A stretch of 64,000 bases of DNA from Acidobacteriota bacterium (GTDB lineage: Bacteria; Acidobacteriota; UBA890; WLXD01), in assembly GCA_029263295.1 (NCBI GenBank), contig JAJCXT010000055.1:17085-81084 (forward strand). Direction: 5' to 3'. The translations under genes were made by a program, and so were the position numbers. This document shows positions 44,604 through 54,468 of this stretch, in pieces. The notes under the pieces were generated by a model. The model was not told the origin of the DNA. It did no database searches and worked only from the letters and a program-made list of their open reading frames with translations. How positions within the stretch are numbered: the first letter of the stretch is position 1; each line of letters begins with the position of its first letter.

Positions 44604-45670
44604 TCAGGCTGGGGTGATGCCCCCGAATACCAGGCCGACATCACGTCGGCCGCCAGCTTGTTCTGCGGTGTGAATCCTATGTCTCCCTGGCCGCCGACGG
44701 CGGAGTGTCCGGGGAACCACTTCCACCAGTAGGCACCAGCGACCCAGTCGTGGTGCCAGAAGGTACGAAAGAAGGCCTCGTAGAGCCTCTCCTGCAGGAC
44801 GGCATCAAAACCGCTGTCGTCTTCGCGCTCAGGCCACTCCCATGGGCGCTCAGCGGCCTCTTGCCAGGAGCGGTACCCGATCTCGGTGAAGAGTATCGGC
44901 CGGCCAGCACCTGCCTGGACCTCGCGGATCGCGTCGAAGTGCGGCCGCCACCCGGCGAGCAGTGACGCCATGTCGGGATTCGGGTCCCCGCTCAGCGGGA
45001 AATAGCCCTGTAGCCCTATGTAGTCGAGCTCTTCCCAGAACGGCACGGCTTCGAATTCTTCGTACCAGTTCGCCGCGTACGTGAGTTCGCCCGAGTAGAC
45101 AGCGCGAATCTCGGTGATCAACTCGAACCACTTCTGCGGTCGGGCGACGATCGTCTTGTGCAGCTCGGTGCCGATGCACAGCAGCGGAATGTCGTTCTCT
45201 TCGGCGAAGCGTGCGTAGTGCAGGATGAAGGTCTGATAGCTGGCGAACCACTCATTCCAGGCCTCGTCGGTGCCCATGTAGATATCGCCGCGCCAGTCGT
45301 CGCGCCCCACCCAGATGTGCGGTTTGAGCATCGTCTGGACTCCCCGCGCGCGGGCCAGTTCCGTCGTTTCGCGCAGCCCCTCATCGGTCTCACCCCACAA
45401 CACCTGTCCCTCGATTACCAACCGGATTTCCGGCGAGTCGCTGGCCGTCTGCCAGCCGAAAGGTGTCTGCGCGATCCACTCAACGTTGTGCTCGACCAGC
45501 GGCGATATCGCCGCCGCGTCGATACTACGGCCGGCCACCCACGCGACGCCGTGTTGACGCGCTGGCGTAGTGGGGCCTGCGTCCTGAGCCGTCGCGCCAC
45601 CCTGCGCCAAGGCGGTCAGGAGCACCGTGGCGGCGATGAAGACGGGGGTCGGTCTCGAGTTGGCTTGCAA
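44600..45670 (-). CDS. Secreted clan GH-A (TIM-barrel) glycoside hydrolase, a paralogue of 58981-60132
   Basis: The TTG start at 45670 gives signal peptide 'PTPVFIAATVLLTALAQG'. Candidate catalytic Glu residues are in 'IGTELHK' and 'LFTEIGYRS'. Other motifs are 'LKPHIWV' and 'TYAANWYEEFE'. The stop overlaps the tricorn start (ATGA). Confidence 0.6.
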   Translation of the reverse strand: MQANSRPTPVFIAATVLLTALAQGGATAQDAGPTTPARQHGVAWVAGRSIDAAAISPLVEHNVEWIAQTPFGWQTASDSPEIRLVIEGQVLWGETDEGLRETTELARARGVQTMLKPHIWVGRDDWRGDIYMGTDEAWNEWFASYQTFILHYARFAEENDIPLLCIGTELHKTIVARPQKWFELITEIRAVYSGELTYAANWYEEFEAVPFWEELDYIGLQGYFPLSGDPNPDMASLLAGWRPHFDAIREVQAGAGRPILFTEIGYRSWQEAAERPWEWPEREDDSGFDAVLQERLYEAFFRTFWHHDWVAGAYWWKWFPGHSAVGGQGDIGFTPQNKLAADVMSAWYSGASPQPE

Positions 45671-45860
45671 GCGAGCGCGCCTGGGGATGAGTCGGAATCG
45701 ACGACTGTCCGATGGCGGCAAGCATACGCGCGCTACCCGCCCGTACGCCAATTCAGTGCGGGTCACTTCGGAAGTCGCCCGACGGCAACCGTGTGCAACG
45801 TCTCTCCGCAATGACCTCCCAGTTCGAGGTGTCGAGGCCGCGGCGCCTATAATCGCGCGG

Positions 45861-47360
45861 ATGAGAGAATCGAACGACACGCGCAACCAGCCCACCGGAC
45901 TGGTGCGTGAACTCGGCCTACTCGGACTCGCGGCCACCGGCATCTGCTCGATGCTCGGGGCGGGCATCAACGTCATGCCCTTCATGCTGCAGCGCAATGT
46001 GCCGGACATCGGGCCCTGGGTGCTGCCCGCGTTCCTCGTAGGCGCGATCCCGGCGGTACTCGCCGCCCTTGCCTACGCGGTGCTCGCCTCCGCGATGCCG
46101 CGCGCCGGCGGCAGCTATATCCACGTGAGCCGAGCGCTGAACCCGTACCTAGGCTTCATCGCCAGCTTCTCGCAGTGGTTCGGCCTTTCGATCGTGGTCG
46201 GCGTGGTGTCCTACGTGATGGTCCCGTTCCTCCGCGATGTCGCAGCAGCGGTGGGCTACGACGGGCTGGCTGGGGCGCTGGAGACCGGACCGATTCGAGT
46301 GGGACTCGCCCTCTTGTTCCTCTGGCTCTTTGTCGCGATCAACGTTCGCGGCGTGAAGCTCTACGAGCGCACGCTGGTGCCGTTGATGGCCGTGATGTTT
46401 CTGCTCGGCGGCATCGTCATCGTCGCCGGTTTCTCGTTCGACCAGGAGACCTACCTGCGTGCGATCGAGGCCTCCGGCGCCCAGGTTCCCGAGATGACCG
46501 ACATCCCGTTCCGGTGGAGCGCCTTCCTGAGCGCCTCGGTCATATTGTTCGCGAGCTTCATCGGCTTCGACTCGATAGCCCAGGCCGGCGGCGAGGCACG
46601 CAACCCGGGGCGCGCGTTGCCGGCGGCAATCGGTATCGCCATATTCGTGGTGGGAAGTTTCTACGTGCTGTTCACGATGGCCGTATATCACACGGTGCCG
46701 TGGCAATACGTTGCGCAGGAAGCGGCTCTTCGCGATGTGACCGCCCCCGGGCTGCTGGGCGTCGTGCTGTCGCCCGGGTGGACCGTCGCCATCGTCGGTG
46801 GGGCTGCCATCGCGCTGCTCAACGACCTGCCCGCCATGCTCTTGTCATTGTCGCGCCTGATGTTCGCCTGGGCCGAGGACGGTATCTTTCCGAGCCGCCT
46901 CGCCGTGGTTCACCCACAGCACCACACGCCCCACATCGCGATCATCGCCAGTGGCGCAATGGCCTCCGCCGGAGTCCTGGGCAGCCACTTCGCGGGCGAT
47001 TTCTTCCTCGGCGTGGACATCATGGTCACATCGATGCTCGTGAACTTCGCGCTCATGTGCGTCGCGGTGTTGACCCTGCCGCGGCGGAACCCGGAGATCG
47101 CAGCACGCATAGAGGTGTTCCGCGACGCCCGCCTGCGCGCGCCGCTGGCGGCGACCGGGGCCTTGATCCTCGTCGCGTTCCTGATGATCCACATCTGGAA
47201 GGACCTGAACACCGACGTGGCCGCCTGGTACTTCCACTCCACCCCTGTTTGGTTGATCGTCATGGCTGTCGGCACCCTGATCTACCTTCGTGAGCGGGCC
47301 GCACTGCAACGCGCCGGCGTCGATCTCGACCAACGCTTCCGCACCCTGCCTCCGGAGTAG
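45861..47360 (+). CDS. APC-superfamily amino acid/polyamine permease
   Basis: The ATG at 45861 gives 'MRESNDTRNQ...'. It has 12 predicted TM helices with the APC-like 'GAGINVMPFML' and 'FIGFDSIAQAGGEARNP'. Confidence 0.75.
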   Translation: MRESNDTRNQPTGLVRELGLLGLAATGICSMLGAGINVMPFMLQRNVPDIGPWVLPAFLVGAIPAVLAALAYAVLASAMPRAGGSYIHVSRALNPYLGFIASFSQWFGLSIVVGVVSYVMVPFLRDVAAAVGYDGLAGALETGPIRVGLALLFLWLFVAINVRGVKLYERTLVPLMAVMFLLGGIVIVAGFSFDQETYLRAIEASGAQVPEMTDIPFRWSAFLSASVILFASFIGFDSIAQAGGEARNPGRALPAAIGIAIFVVGSFYVLFTMAVYHTVPWQYVAQEAALRDVTAPGLLGVVLSPGWTVAIVGGAAIALLNDLPAMLLSLSRLMFAWAEDGIFPSRLAVVHPQHHTPHIAIIASGAMASAGVLGSHFAGDFFLGVDIMVTSMLVNFALMCVAVLTLPRRNPEIAARIEVFRDARLRAPLAATGALILVAFLMIHIWKDLNTDVAAWYFHSTPVWLIVMAVGTLIYLRERAALQRAGVDLDQRFRTLPPE

Positions 47361-47366
47361 CCAAGA

Positions 47367-48803
47367 ATGGTCGATCGTCACCAGCTCGCGCCGGGCCTGG
47401 AAGTCTCGCGCGTCATCACCGGACTCTGGCAGGTGGCCGACCAGGAGCGTGGCGGCAGCACCCTGGACCCGGCTGTTGCCGCCGCGGCGATGCGCCCCTA
47501 CGTTGAAGCGGGCTTCACCACCTTCGACATGGCCGATCACTACGGGTCCGCGGAGGTGATCGTCGGCGCCTACGACAATAGGCCGCCGGCCGAAGCTCTG
47601 ACGAAATGGGTTCCTGAACCCGGCGCGATCGACCGCGAGACGGTGCGTGCCGCGGTGCAGCGCGCCCTCGATCGCCTGCGGTGCGATCGCGTCGAACTGT
47701 TGCAGTTCCATTCCTGGAACTACTGGGACCCGAGTTATCTCGATGGCCTCCAGTACCTGCGGGAGCTCTGTGACGAAGGCCTGATCCGACATCTGGGTAT
47801 GACCAATACCGACGCCGCCCACATGCGGATGTTGCTGCACTCGGGCGTCCCGGTGGTCACCAACCAGGTGTGCTTCTCGCTCCTCGACCAGCGGCCGAAG
47901 CAGGCACTCACCCAACTATGCGCGGACCACGACCTGTCACTGCTCGGCTACGGCACCCTGGCCGGTGGCTTCCTCACCGACCGGTGGCTGGACGAGCCGG
48001 AGCCGGAGGCCTTAGAGACCTGGTCACAGATGAAGTACAAACGCTTCGTGGACGCGGCCGGCGGCTGGGATGGCCTGCAGACAGTGCTGCGCGCCGCTCG
48101 CGCGGTCGCCGACCGGCACGAGGTCACCATCGCCAATGTGGCCTGTCGCTACATCCTCGAGCAACCGGGAGTGGCGGCGATCATCATCGGCGCCCGGCTC
48201 GGTTACAGCGAACACATCGCGGCCACCGCGCGACTGTTCGAATTCGCGCTGAGCGAGAGCGATCACGCTGAACTCGAGGCCGCTATCGCCACGCTCGATC
48301 CCATTCCCGGCGACAGCGGCGACGAATACCGTCGCGCGCCGTTTCTGACCGCCACCGGCGACTTGAGCCACCACGTAAAGGGATTCCCGCCCGCCTACGC
48401 CGTGCAGCCGCGGAGCGCTGGCGGCCAGCAGGTTCTATCGGGCACCGTCTGGGAGGATCTCGCGGGCTTCAGTCGTGCCGTGCGCCGCGGCAACCGGGTC
48501 TGGATATCGGGAACAACCGCCACCCACGGTGACCGGGTGATCGGTGGCGCCGACCTGGCGTCGCAGACCCACTTCATCATCGACAAGATCGAGGGCGCCC
48601 TGCAGTCGGTTGGCGGCCGTCTCCAGGATGTCGTGCGGACACGCGTCTATCTGCGCAACGGCGAGGACTGGGAACCAATCTCACGGGCGCACGGCGCCCG
48701 ATTTAGAGCCATCCAGCCGGCCAACACGCTGGTCCAGGCGCCGCCGATCGGCGACGAGTACCTGGTAGAGATCGACGCCGAGGCACTGCTGACCGAGGAG
48801 TAG
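47367..48803 (+). CDS. Aldo/keto reductase fused to a C-terminal RidA/YjgF-like domain
   Basis: The N-terminal ~330 aa are AKR ('TFDMADHYGSAE', 'LLQFHSWN', 'IRHLGMTN', 'GTLAGGFL'). The C-terminal ~130 aa are RidA-like ('RVWISGTTATHGDRVIGG...QTHFIIDKIEGALQSVGG...VRTRVYL'). It starts 7 bp after the permease stop. Confidence 0.65.
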   Translation: MVDRHQLAPGLEVSRVITGLWQVADQERGGSTLDPAVAAAAMRPYVEAGFTTFDMADHYGSAEVIVGAYDNRPPAEALTKWVPEPGAIDRETVRAAVQRALDRLRCDRVELLQFHSWNYWDPSYLDGLQYLRELCDEGLIRHLGMTNTDAAHMRMLLHSGVPVVTNQVCFSLLDQRPKQALTQLCADHDLSLLGYGTLAGGFLTDRWLDEPEPEALETWSQMKYKRFVDAAGGWDGLQTVLRAARAVADRHEVTIANVACRYILEQPGVAAIIIGARLGYSEHIAATARLFEFALSESDHAELEAAIATLDPIPGDSGDEYRRAPFLTATGDLSHHVKGFPPAYAVQPRSAGGQQVLSGTVWEDLAGFSRAVRRGNRVWISGTTATHGDRVIGGADLASQTHFIIDKIEGALQSVGGRLQDVVRTRVYLRNGEDWEPISRAHGARFRAIQPANTLVQAPPIGDEYLVEIDAEALLTEE

Positions 48804-48838
48804 GCGACCAAGCCACGTACCCTCACGGAGAAATCGAA

Positions 48839-50590
48839 GTGAGCCAACCCCAGACGCGCCACGACCCATCTCGCCTATTTCACAGGACCGGTTCGACTCA
48901 CCTGCCGCGCGGCTGGCGGCCAGCACTCGCGGCGTTCTTGCTGCTGGCCATAGCCGTGGCCCTGCCAACGGCCTCCTCAGGCGCAACGCAGAACAGCTCC
49001 GCGACCGAACTCTCCGGGCTCATCGAGGAGAGCCTCGCCGTCCGAGTCCAAAGCCGCGCGGCCGAGGAATACGCGGCGGCCGTCGCCACGTACCGCAGTG
49101 TTCTGCGGCGACTCGATGCACTCGAGCGCGACTCGTTGTCACTCGACGACCAGGTGGACTACGACCTCTTGCGCGGTCACCTGCGCACTCGCATTTTTGA
49201 GTACGCCGAGATCGAGTTGTTCCGTCTGCAGCCGGTCGCGTACTTCGCGCTCGGAGCCACCAACAGCCTCTTTACGCGGCCGGGTGCGGTGGCAGACGCG
49301 GGTGTGCGCAACGCTGTTGCGGAGTTGCGGCGCCTACCCGAGATTCTCGCCAACGCCGAACTCAACCTCACGCGACCCGCGCGCGTGTGGACAGAAAACG
49401 CGATCTATCAGGCCTACTACGCGCGTATGCTGCTCGCCGACTTCCTGCCGGACGCAGTGGTCGACTCCGGCGAGTTGAAGACGGAACTGCTCGCCGCTGG
49501 CGGCGAAGCGCTGGCCGCCGTGGATACCTACGAGGCCTTCCTGCGCAACGAGTTGCTGCCGCGCTCCGATCGGTCGCCGGCGTGGAGCCCCGAGCAAATC
49601 GAGGTCTATCAGTTCGCCCACGAGTACCTCGACGACTACAGCGTCGACGAGATGCTGCGCGTGGCTAGGGAGGATGAACGCGAAACGCTGGCGGCCATGG
49701 AGGCGCTCGCGAAGAAGATCCATCCGAGCGGCGATCTGCGGACGGTCTGGGAGTTGATGAAAGAGGAAGCGCCGCCCTGGGAGGGCGTGCTTCCCATGGC
49801 ACAGCGCTTCGTCGACCTCGCCTCCGACTGGCTGCTCGATGAGGGCAGTCACGTGGTAACGATTCCCGACTACATCGACTACGGCGCCCGCATCACGACC
49901 CCGATGGCGAGGCGCACGCTCTCATTCGGCGGGGCTACCGGCGGCCCGACGGTGGCAGGACGACAGTCCGGCTACTACATCCTCACGCCACTGGAGGACC
50001 GCCTGAGTGCGGAAGAAAAAGCGAGCCGGATCAAGTCCTACAACCCCTACTGGACGCACGTCATCTCGTACCACGAGTGGCTTGGCCACAACGTGCAGAT
50101 CGCGGCCGCCAACGAGAACGTCACCCGGCCGATGCGGCGCGCGTTTCGCAGCATCTATCACAGCCAGGCGTGGTCGTTCTATCTGGAGAAACTGCTCGAG
50201 GATGAGGGTTACTACGACGATCGTCTCGACTACACCACGGCGCTCAAGACGAGCATGGCGAGGCTGCAGATGCGCATGTGGCGTATCCAGCGGATCCTCA
50301 CCAAGCTACGCATGGCCAGAGATGAAATGACGTTCGACCAAGCGGTGCAGGCCTACATCGACAAGATCGGCATGGAGTCGACGAACGCCTTCATCGAGGT
50401 GCAGCGGGACTCGCAGTCACCGTCACCGCCAGGCCGCGAGATCATCGGCGAACGCGAGATCTTGAAACTGCGTGACGAATACGCGCGCCGGATGGGCGAC
50501 CACTACACGCTCAAGCGATTCAACGACACGCTGATTTCGTACGGTGACCTGCCGTTCAGGCAGTTGCGTCGACTCATGTTCCGCGACTGA
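48839..50590 (+). CDS. DUF885-family secreted protein
   Basis: The GTG start has GGAGAAA upstream. A signal peptide is followed by the family 'SYHEWLGHNVQ' metal-motif-like region. Confidence 0.6.
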   Translation: MSQPQTRHDPSRLFHRTGSTHLPRGWRPALAAFLLLAIAVALPTASSGATQNSSATELSGLIEESLAVRVQSRAAEEYAAAVATYRSVLRRLDALERDSLSLDDQVDYDLLRGHLRTRIFEYAEIELFRLQPVAYFALGATNSLFTRPGAVADAGVRNAVAELRRLPEILANAELNLTRPARVWTENAIYQAYYARMLLADFLPDAVVDSGELKTELLAAGGEALAAVDTYEAFLRNELLPRSDRSPAWSPEQIEVYQFAHEYLDDYSVDEMLRVAREDERETLAAMEALAKKIHPSGDLRTVWELMKEEAPPWEGVLPMAQRFVDLASDWLLDEGSHVVTIPDYIDYGARITTPMARRTLSFGGATGGPTVAGRQSGYYILTPLEDRLSAEEKASRIKSYNPYWTHVISYHEWLGHNVQIAAANENVTRPMRRAFRSIYHSQAWSFYLEKLLEDEGYYDDRLDYTTALKTSMARLQMRMWRIQRILTKLRMARDEMTFDQAVQAYIDKIGMESTNAFIEVQRDSQSPSPPGREIIGEREILKLRDEYARRMGDHYTLKRFNDTLISYGDLPFRQLRRLMFRD

Positions 50591-50627
50591 GGCCGGCCGC
50601 GCCGCCGATCCCCGCCACCGGTGCAGG

Positions 50628-51878
50628 CTAGCGCTGGTCTCTCAGGATGCCCGCGGCTCGTGTCGGATCGCCATCGTTCGCGGCAGGCTCGATACCGAGA
50701 GCTGCTGCCAGGATGTTGTAGATGTCGACACCCGGTAGGCGGTCGGCTGTTGTTCCCGAGTCGAACGCGGGCCCGGCAGCGATGAAGATCCCGTGCATGT
50801 CCAAGTGAGACGGGTCCTGGCCGTGATCACCCACGACGGCCCAGCCACCTTCCATCACCGCGCGTGGCAGCACCTCCCAGCCCGGATCGGGTGAGCCCAT
50901 GATCGGCGCCAGCCGGGGATTTTCGTAGAGGTGGAATTCTGGGGGCGCCTCGTCGGGACGGAAGATCTTGAGGTTTGGGTGGGCCCCGACCAGCGCATCG
51001 TAGATCTCGTCTTCTCGGCCTTCCGCCGGAAAGATCTGCAGCAGCGCGCCGATCTCGAAGATCTCCTCGCGCGATAGCTCGACGTAGTCATCAAGGACGA
51101 TGATGCGCTCGTCGGCATTCAGTGCCATGCCGTGATCCGACACGACGACGATGTTCGTACTCTCGAGCATGCCGCGCTCCGCCAGCCCGTCGAGCAGTCT
51201 GCCCAGCGCCGCGTCTACCGCGGTGGCGGCTGCCAGCGCTTCCGCGGACTCCGGGCCGTAGTCGTGGCCGGCCGTGTTCGGTTCATCGAAGTACAGAGCG
51301 ACGAAGTCCGGCCGCTCGCCCGCCGGCTGCTCGAGCCAGCCGAGCGCGGCGTCTACTCGGTGTTCCCATGTAACGGTTCCGTCGTAGGGAAACCAGACGT
51401 CGGGCTGCATGCCCTGCACCGGCGCCTCGGAACCGGGCCAGAAGTACACGGCAGTGCCCAGTCCCTGCTTCTGGGCGGTCACCCAGATCGGTTCACCACC
51501 CCACCAGCGCGGGTTGTTCACCTGATCACGCTCGCTCAGGCCAAACGGTTCCGGCCAGCGCGGGTCGCGCATGTTGTTGGAGATGATGCCGTTGTGGCCC
51601 GGATGCAGACCAGTGGCAATGGCGTAGTGCGAAGGGAACGTCTTGCTCGGGAATACCGGGATCATCCCCTCGGCTCTTACGCCGGCCGCGATGAGTCGGT
51701 CGAGGTTGGGCGTATGGGCAAGATCTGGATAGTCCCAGCGAAAGCCATCCATCGAGATCAGGATCAGCGGGTTCGGTTCGGACGCCGGCGGCCGCTCGGC
51801 CGTTGCGCAGCCCGATGCGAACGGGGCCAGGAGCACGAGAGCCGCGGCGAAGTAGCGAAGCGCGCGTGTGACTTTCAT
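50628..51878 (-). CDS. Nucleotide pyrophosphatase/phosphodiesterase (alkaline-phosphatase superfamily, ENPP-like) lipoprotein
   Basis: 'LAPFASGCATA' is a lipobox. 'LILISMDGFRWDY', 'TFPSHYAIATGLHPGHNGII' and 'VVVSDHGM' are the type-I phosphodiesterase metal-site motifs. Confidence 0.75.
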   Translation of the reverse strand: MKVTRALRYFAAALVLLAPFASGCATAERPPASEPNPLILISMDGFRWDYPDLAHTPNLDRLIAAGVRAEGMIPVFPSKTFPSHYAIATGLHPGHNGIISNNMRDPRWPEPFGLSERDQVNNPRWWGGEPIWVTAQKQGLGTAVYFWPGSEAPVQGMQPDVWFPYDGTVTWEHRVDAALGWLEQPAGERPDFVALYFDEPNTAGHDYGPESAEALAAATAVDAALGRLLDGLAERGMLESTNIVVVSDHGMALNADERIIVLDDYVELSREEIFEIGALLQIFPAEGREDEIYDALVGAHPNLKIFRPDEAPPEFHLYENPRLAPIMGSPDPGWEVLPRAVMEGGWAVVGDHGQDPSHLDMHGIFIAAGPAFDSGTTADRLPGVDIYNILAAALGIEPAANDGDPTRAAGILRDQR

Positions 51879-51947
51879 GCCTCTCGTTGTACCAGACCCA
51901 GCAGGCACTCGGTGCCACCCACCAGGATCCGTCATCGCAGGAGTGAA

Positions 51948-53450
51948 CTACCTGATTACGAAACGGCCGTGTTGCGTGGGCACGTGGATACCCGGCCCGG
52001 TCGGCACATCCTCGTCCGCAACGTGGTGATACACCACTATCAGGCCCGCATCGATAGCCTGGCCCGCGTCCAGCACGGTCCGCAGCAACCACGGCGTTAC
52101 GAACGCCACGTCCAGATCTCGCTCCCGCAGTACTTCCTCTGTGCTCTGGGTGTCGCCGCTAAAGTAAATGCGCCGGCCGCCCCACAGCACCCGGTACGAG
52201 ATGTGGGCATCGGTGTGGGGCGTGACGACTGGCTCCACCTCGATACCACCGTAGCGAATCGAGTTCTCCCACTGCAGGACGCGGTCGGGGTCGACGACGG
52301 CCGCAATGTCTGGATGCGCGATCAGCTTCAGCTCAGTCCTGGAGAACGTCCGAGCGTCCCAGTGATCCGCATGTTCATGGGTGATCAAGGCCACACCCTG
52401 TTCGACGTCGTCCAGCGCATCCCTGGAGTACTCCATGTATCCGGAAGCCCCAGATTGGTACGGGAAGTCCGTGTACATGGTGTCGAGGCCATCGCTCAAT
52501 CGCATGGCCGCGTTGCCGATAAAGTCCACCTCGATCGGCAGCGGGTCACCCGCCAACGCCCGACTCGAGGCCACGACTCGATCCCAGTCCGTGTCAACGT
52601 AGTCGAAATCGAGAGGCACCCGGAGCCGCTGTTCGATCGCTAGAAGGTCGTCTCGTAGCGGGGAGACGCCACGCTCGGAGCGGCCCCAAGGCGAAGTGGT
52701 CACCGCGGCCGGAACTGTGACGAGCGCTTTGCGGGCCGTGGCGATCGACACCGAGGAGCCGTCATCAGCCACGGCCATGCGCACGCTGCGAATCTCCGCC
52801 AGCCCGATCACGGCAAACAGGGCCCCGAGTGAGCCCGTCAGCGGACGCACCTTCGAACCACGAATGTCGTCGTGGAAGACCTGATCGCCGAAGTCCATGA
52901 GGCGAAAGGTGACGACGCTGTCGTTGTGTACCAGCACCGCGGGTTCCGCGAGCCGGTCTTCGTAGCTGTAGCTGTCCGCGGCGCCGTCGCGCTCCTCGAA
53001 AGCGAGCCGTACGTTCATGGCGAGGTCGGGCATGCGGCCCGCCTTGAGCCGCTCGATTACGGCGCCCTCACGCAGATCGAGCAGCGCGTCCTGCCCGTGT
53101 TCGCGTATCAGGCGCATGAACTCCGGCACCTCGCCGTCGCCCAGGCCGGAGTACTGCCGGAACGCCTGGTACCAGTCCTCGTGGCCAATCAGCACAATCT
53201 CGGCGCCCAGGGCGTCTCGCGACGTCCTCGCCAGACGTAGGTAGACATTGGCCTGAAATCGTCCGCTATTCGCGGTCGTGGCGGCGTCATAGTCGCGTTC
53301 GGGACGCATCGCGGCCAGAATGTTCGCGCGCGAGGCCTTCACCACGACGCCCTGCGGCCGGGCCGATCGCGGTACCGTGCCGTCGGCAGACCCTGCCAAC
53401 AGCATCATCGCGGCGAACGCCGCCAGGACTCGAGAACTACCGATCTTCAT
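51948..53450 (-). CDS. Secreted two-domain protein: an N-terminal uncharacterised domain plus a C-terminal MBL-fold hydrolase
   Basis: Signal peptide 'VLAAFAAMMLLAGSADG'. The C-terminal 'ALITHEHADHWD' matches the HxHxDH MBL motif. The N-terminal ~300 aa ('EIVLIGHEDWYQAF') could not be placed in a family. Confidence 0.5.
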   Translation of the reverse strand: MKIGSSRVLAAFAAMMLLAGSADGTVPRSARPQGVVVKASRANILAAMRPERDYDAATTANSGRFQANVYLRLARTSRDALGAEIVLIGHEDWYQAFRQYSGLGDGEVPEFMRLIREHGQDALLDLREGAVIERLKAGRMPDLAMNVRLAFEERDGAADSYSYEDRLAEPAVLVHNDSVVTFRLMDFGDQVFHDDIRGSKVRPLTGSLGALFAVIGLAEIRSVRMAVADDGSSVSIATARKALVTVPAAVTTSPWGRSERGVSPLRDDLLAIEQRLRVPLDFDYVDTDWDRVVASSRALAGDPLPIEVDFIGNAAMRLSDGLDTMYTDFPYQSGASGYMEYSRDALDDVEQGVALITHEHADHWDARTFSRTELKLIAHPDIAAVVDPDRVLQWENSIRYGGIEVEPVVTPHTDAHISYRVLWGGRRIYFSGDTQSTEEVLRERDLDVAFVTPWLLRTVLDAGQAIDAGLIVVYHHVADEDVPTGPGIHVPTQHGRFVIR

Positions 53451-53546
53451 GATGGTTTTCTATTGTGGACGCATGTTGCGGGCGACGCACGCCGACGAGC
53501 ACGGAATGGAATCGCCGAACACGTTGTCAAAGGCCCGACCCTGTTG

Positions 53547-54146
53547 ATGACTCCCCCCGCGTCCGTCCGGCGAACTCGCGAAGACGATCTCCGACTCGTG
53601 CGGCAGGCGCATGCAGGGGATGAGAGCGCTTTCCGAGAGATCGTCGAGACCTACGAGGGTGCTGTGGCTGCCACGGTGATCGGCATGCTGGGACCTGGCG
53701 GTACCGCGGATGATGTCGGCCAGGAGGTGTTCGTCCGGCTGTGGAAGTCGTTGCACAAGTTCCGCGGCGAGGCCGCGCTAAAGACCTACCTCACCCGCAT
53801 CGCCATCAATCTCTCACTGAACGAACTCAAGCGCCGCAAGCGCTTCATCGATCGCTTCATGAGCCGCGACCGTGATGAGGGTCAAGCTCCCCTGATCGAA
53901 CCCGCGGCCGATGGAGTGGCAGCCGTGGATCGACGCGACACCAGACGTGTCGTTCAGGCGGCGATTCAGCAACTCAAGGCAGAGCACCGGGCCGTCGTCG
54001 TGCTGCGCATGCTAGAGGGGCATGACACCAACGCAGCTGCCGAGATTCTCGGTGTTCGGCCAGGCACGGTAATGTCACGTTTGTCGCGAGCCATGCAAGC
54101 CTTGAAGCCACTGCTGGCAGACCAGTTGGAGAGTCCCGATGAATGA
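53547..54146 (+). CDS. ECF (sigma-70 family) RNA polymerase sigma factor
   Basis: Region 2 is 'FREIVETYEGAVAATVIGMLG...DDVGQEVFVRLW'. Region 4 is 'RAVVVLRMLEGHDTNAAAEILGVRPGTVMSRLSRA'. The start is taken at the internal ATG. Confidence 0.85.
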   Translation: MTPPASVRRTREDDLRLVRQAHAGDESAFREIVETYEGAVAATVIGMLGPGGTADDVGQEVFVRLWKSLHKFRGEAALKTYLTRIAINLSLNELKRRKRFIDRFMSRDRDEGQAPLIEPAADGVAAVDRRDTRRVVQAAIQQLKAEHRAVVVLRMLEGHDTNAAAEILGVRPGTVMSRLSRAMQALKPLLADQLESPDE

Positions 54147-54468
54147 ACCGCACGACAAAGCGCTGGAAAAGCTGCTGCGCATAAGCCGCAGCACCAGCTT
54201 CGGGCCGGGCTTCGCTGATCGGGTGATGCGCCGCGTAGATCGCGAGCAGGCGGGCCCGTTCGCGGCGATCATGCCGACCGAGTTCTTCCGCCTGGCTGTT
54301 GTCGCGCTGGTGATCGCGGTCGCGCTGATCACGTTCAACATCGCCGGCAAGGCGGCGGACAGCTCACAGACGACGCTCGAGGCGGTACTCGGGCTGCAAC
54401 CGCTCACCGCCGACGCCGTGTACGACCCGGTGGCGGTCTTCTCGGCTGAAGGTGCGACGACATCATGA
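54139..54468 (+). CDS. Putative anti-sigma factor (single-pass membrane protein)
   Basis: 109 aa that overlaps the sigma factor stop by 8 bp. It has one TM helix 'FFRLAVVALVIAVALITF'. Confidence 0.5.
   Translation: MNEPHDKALEKLLRISRSTSFGPGFADRVMRRVDREQAGPFAAIMPTEFFRLAVVALVIAVALITFNIAGKAADSSQTTLEAVLGLQPLTADAVYDPVAVFSAEGATTS

Noticed and set aside
50591-50627. GC-rich palindromes GGCCGGCC and CACCGGTG between the convergent DUF885 and ENPP genes, considered as a bidirectional terminator
   Set aside because: The stems are short and there is no U-tract. I could not support a rho-independent terminator from the sequence alone.
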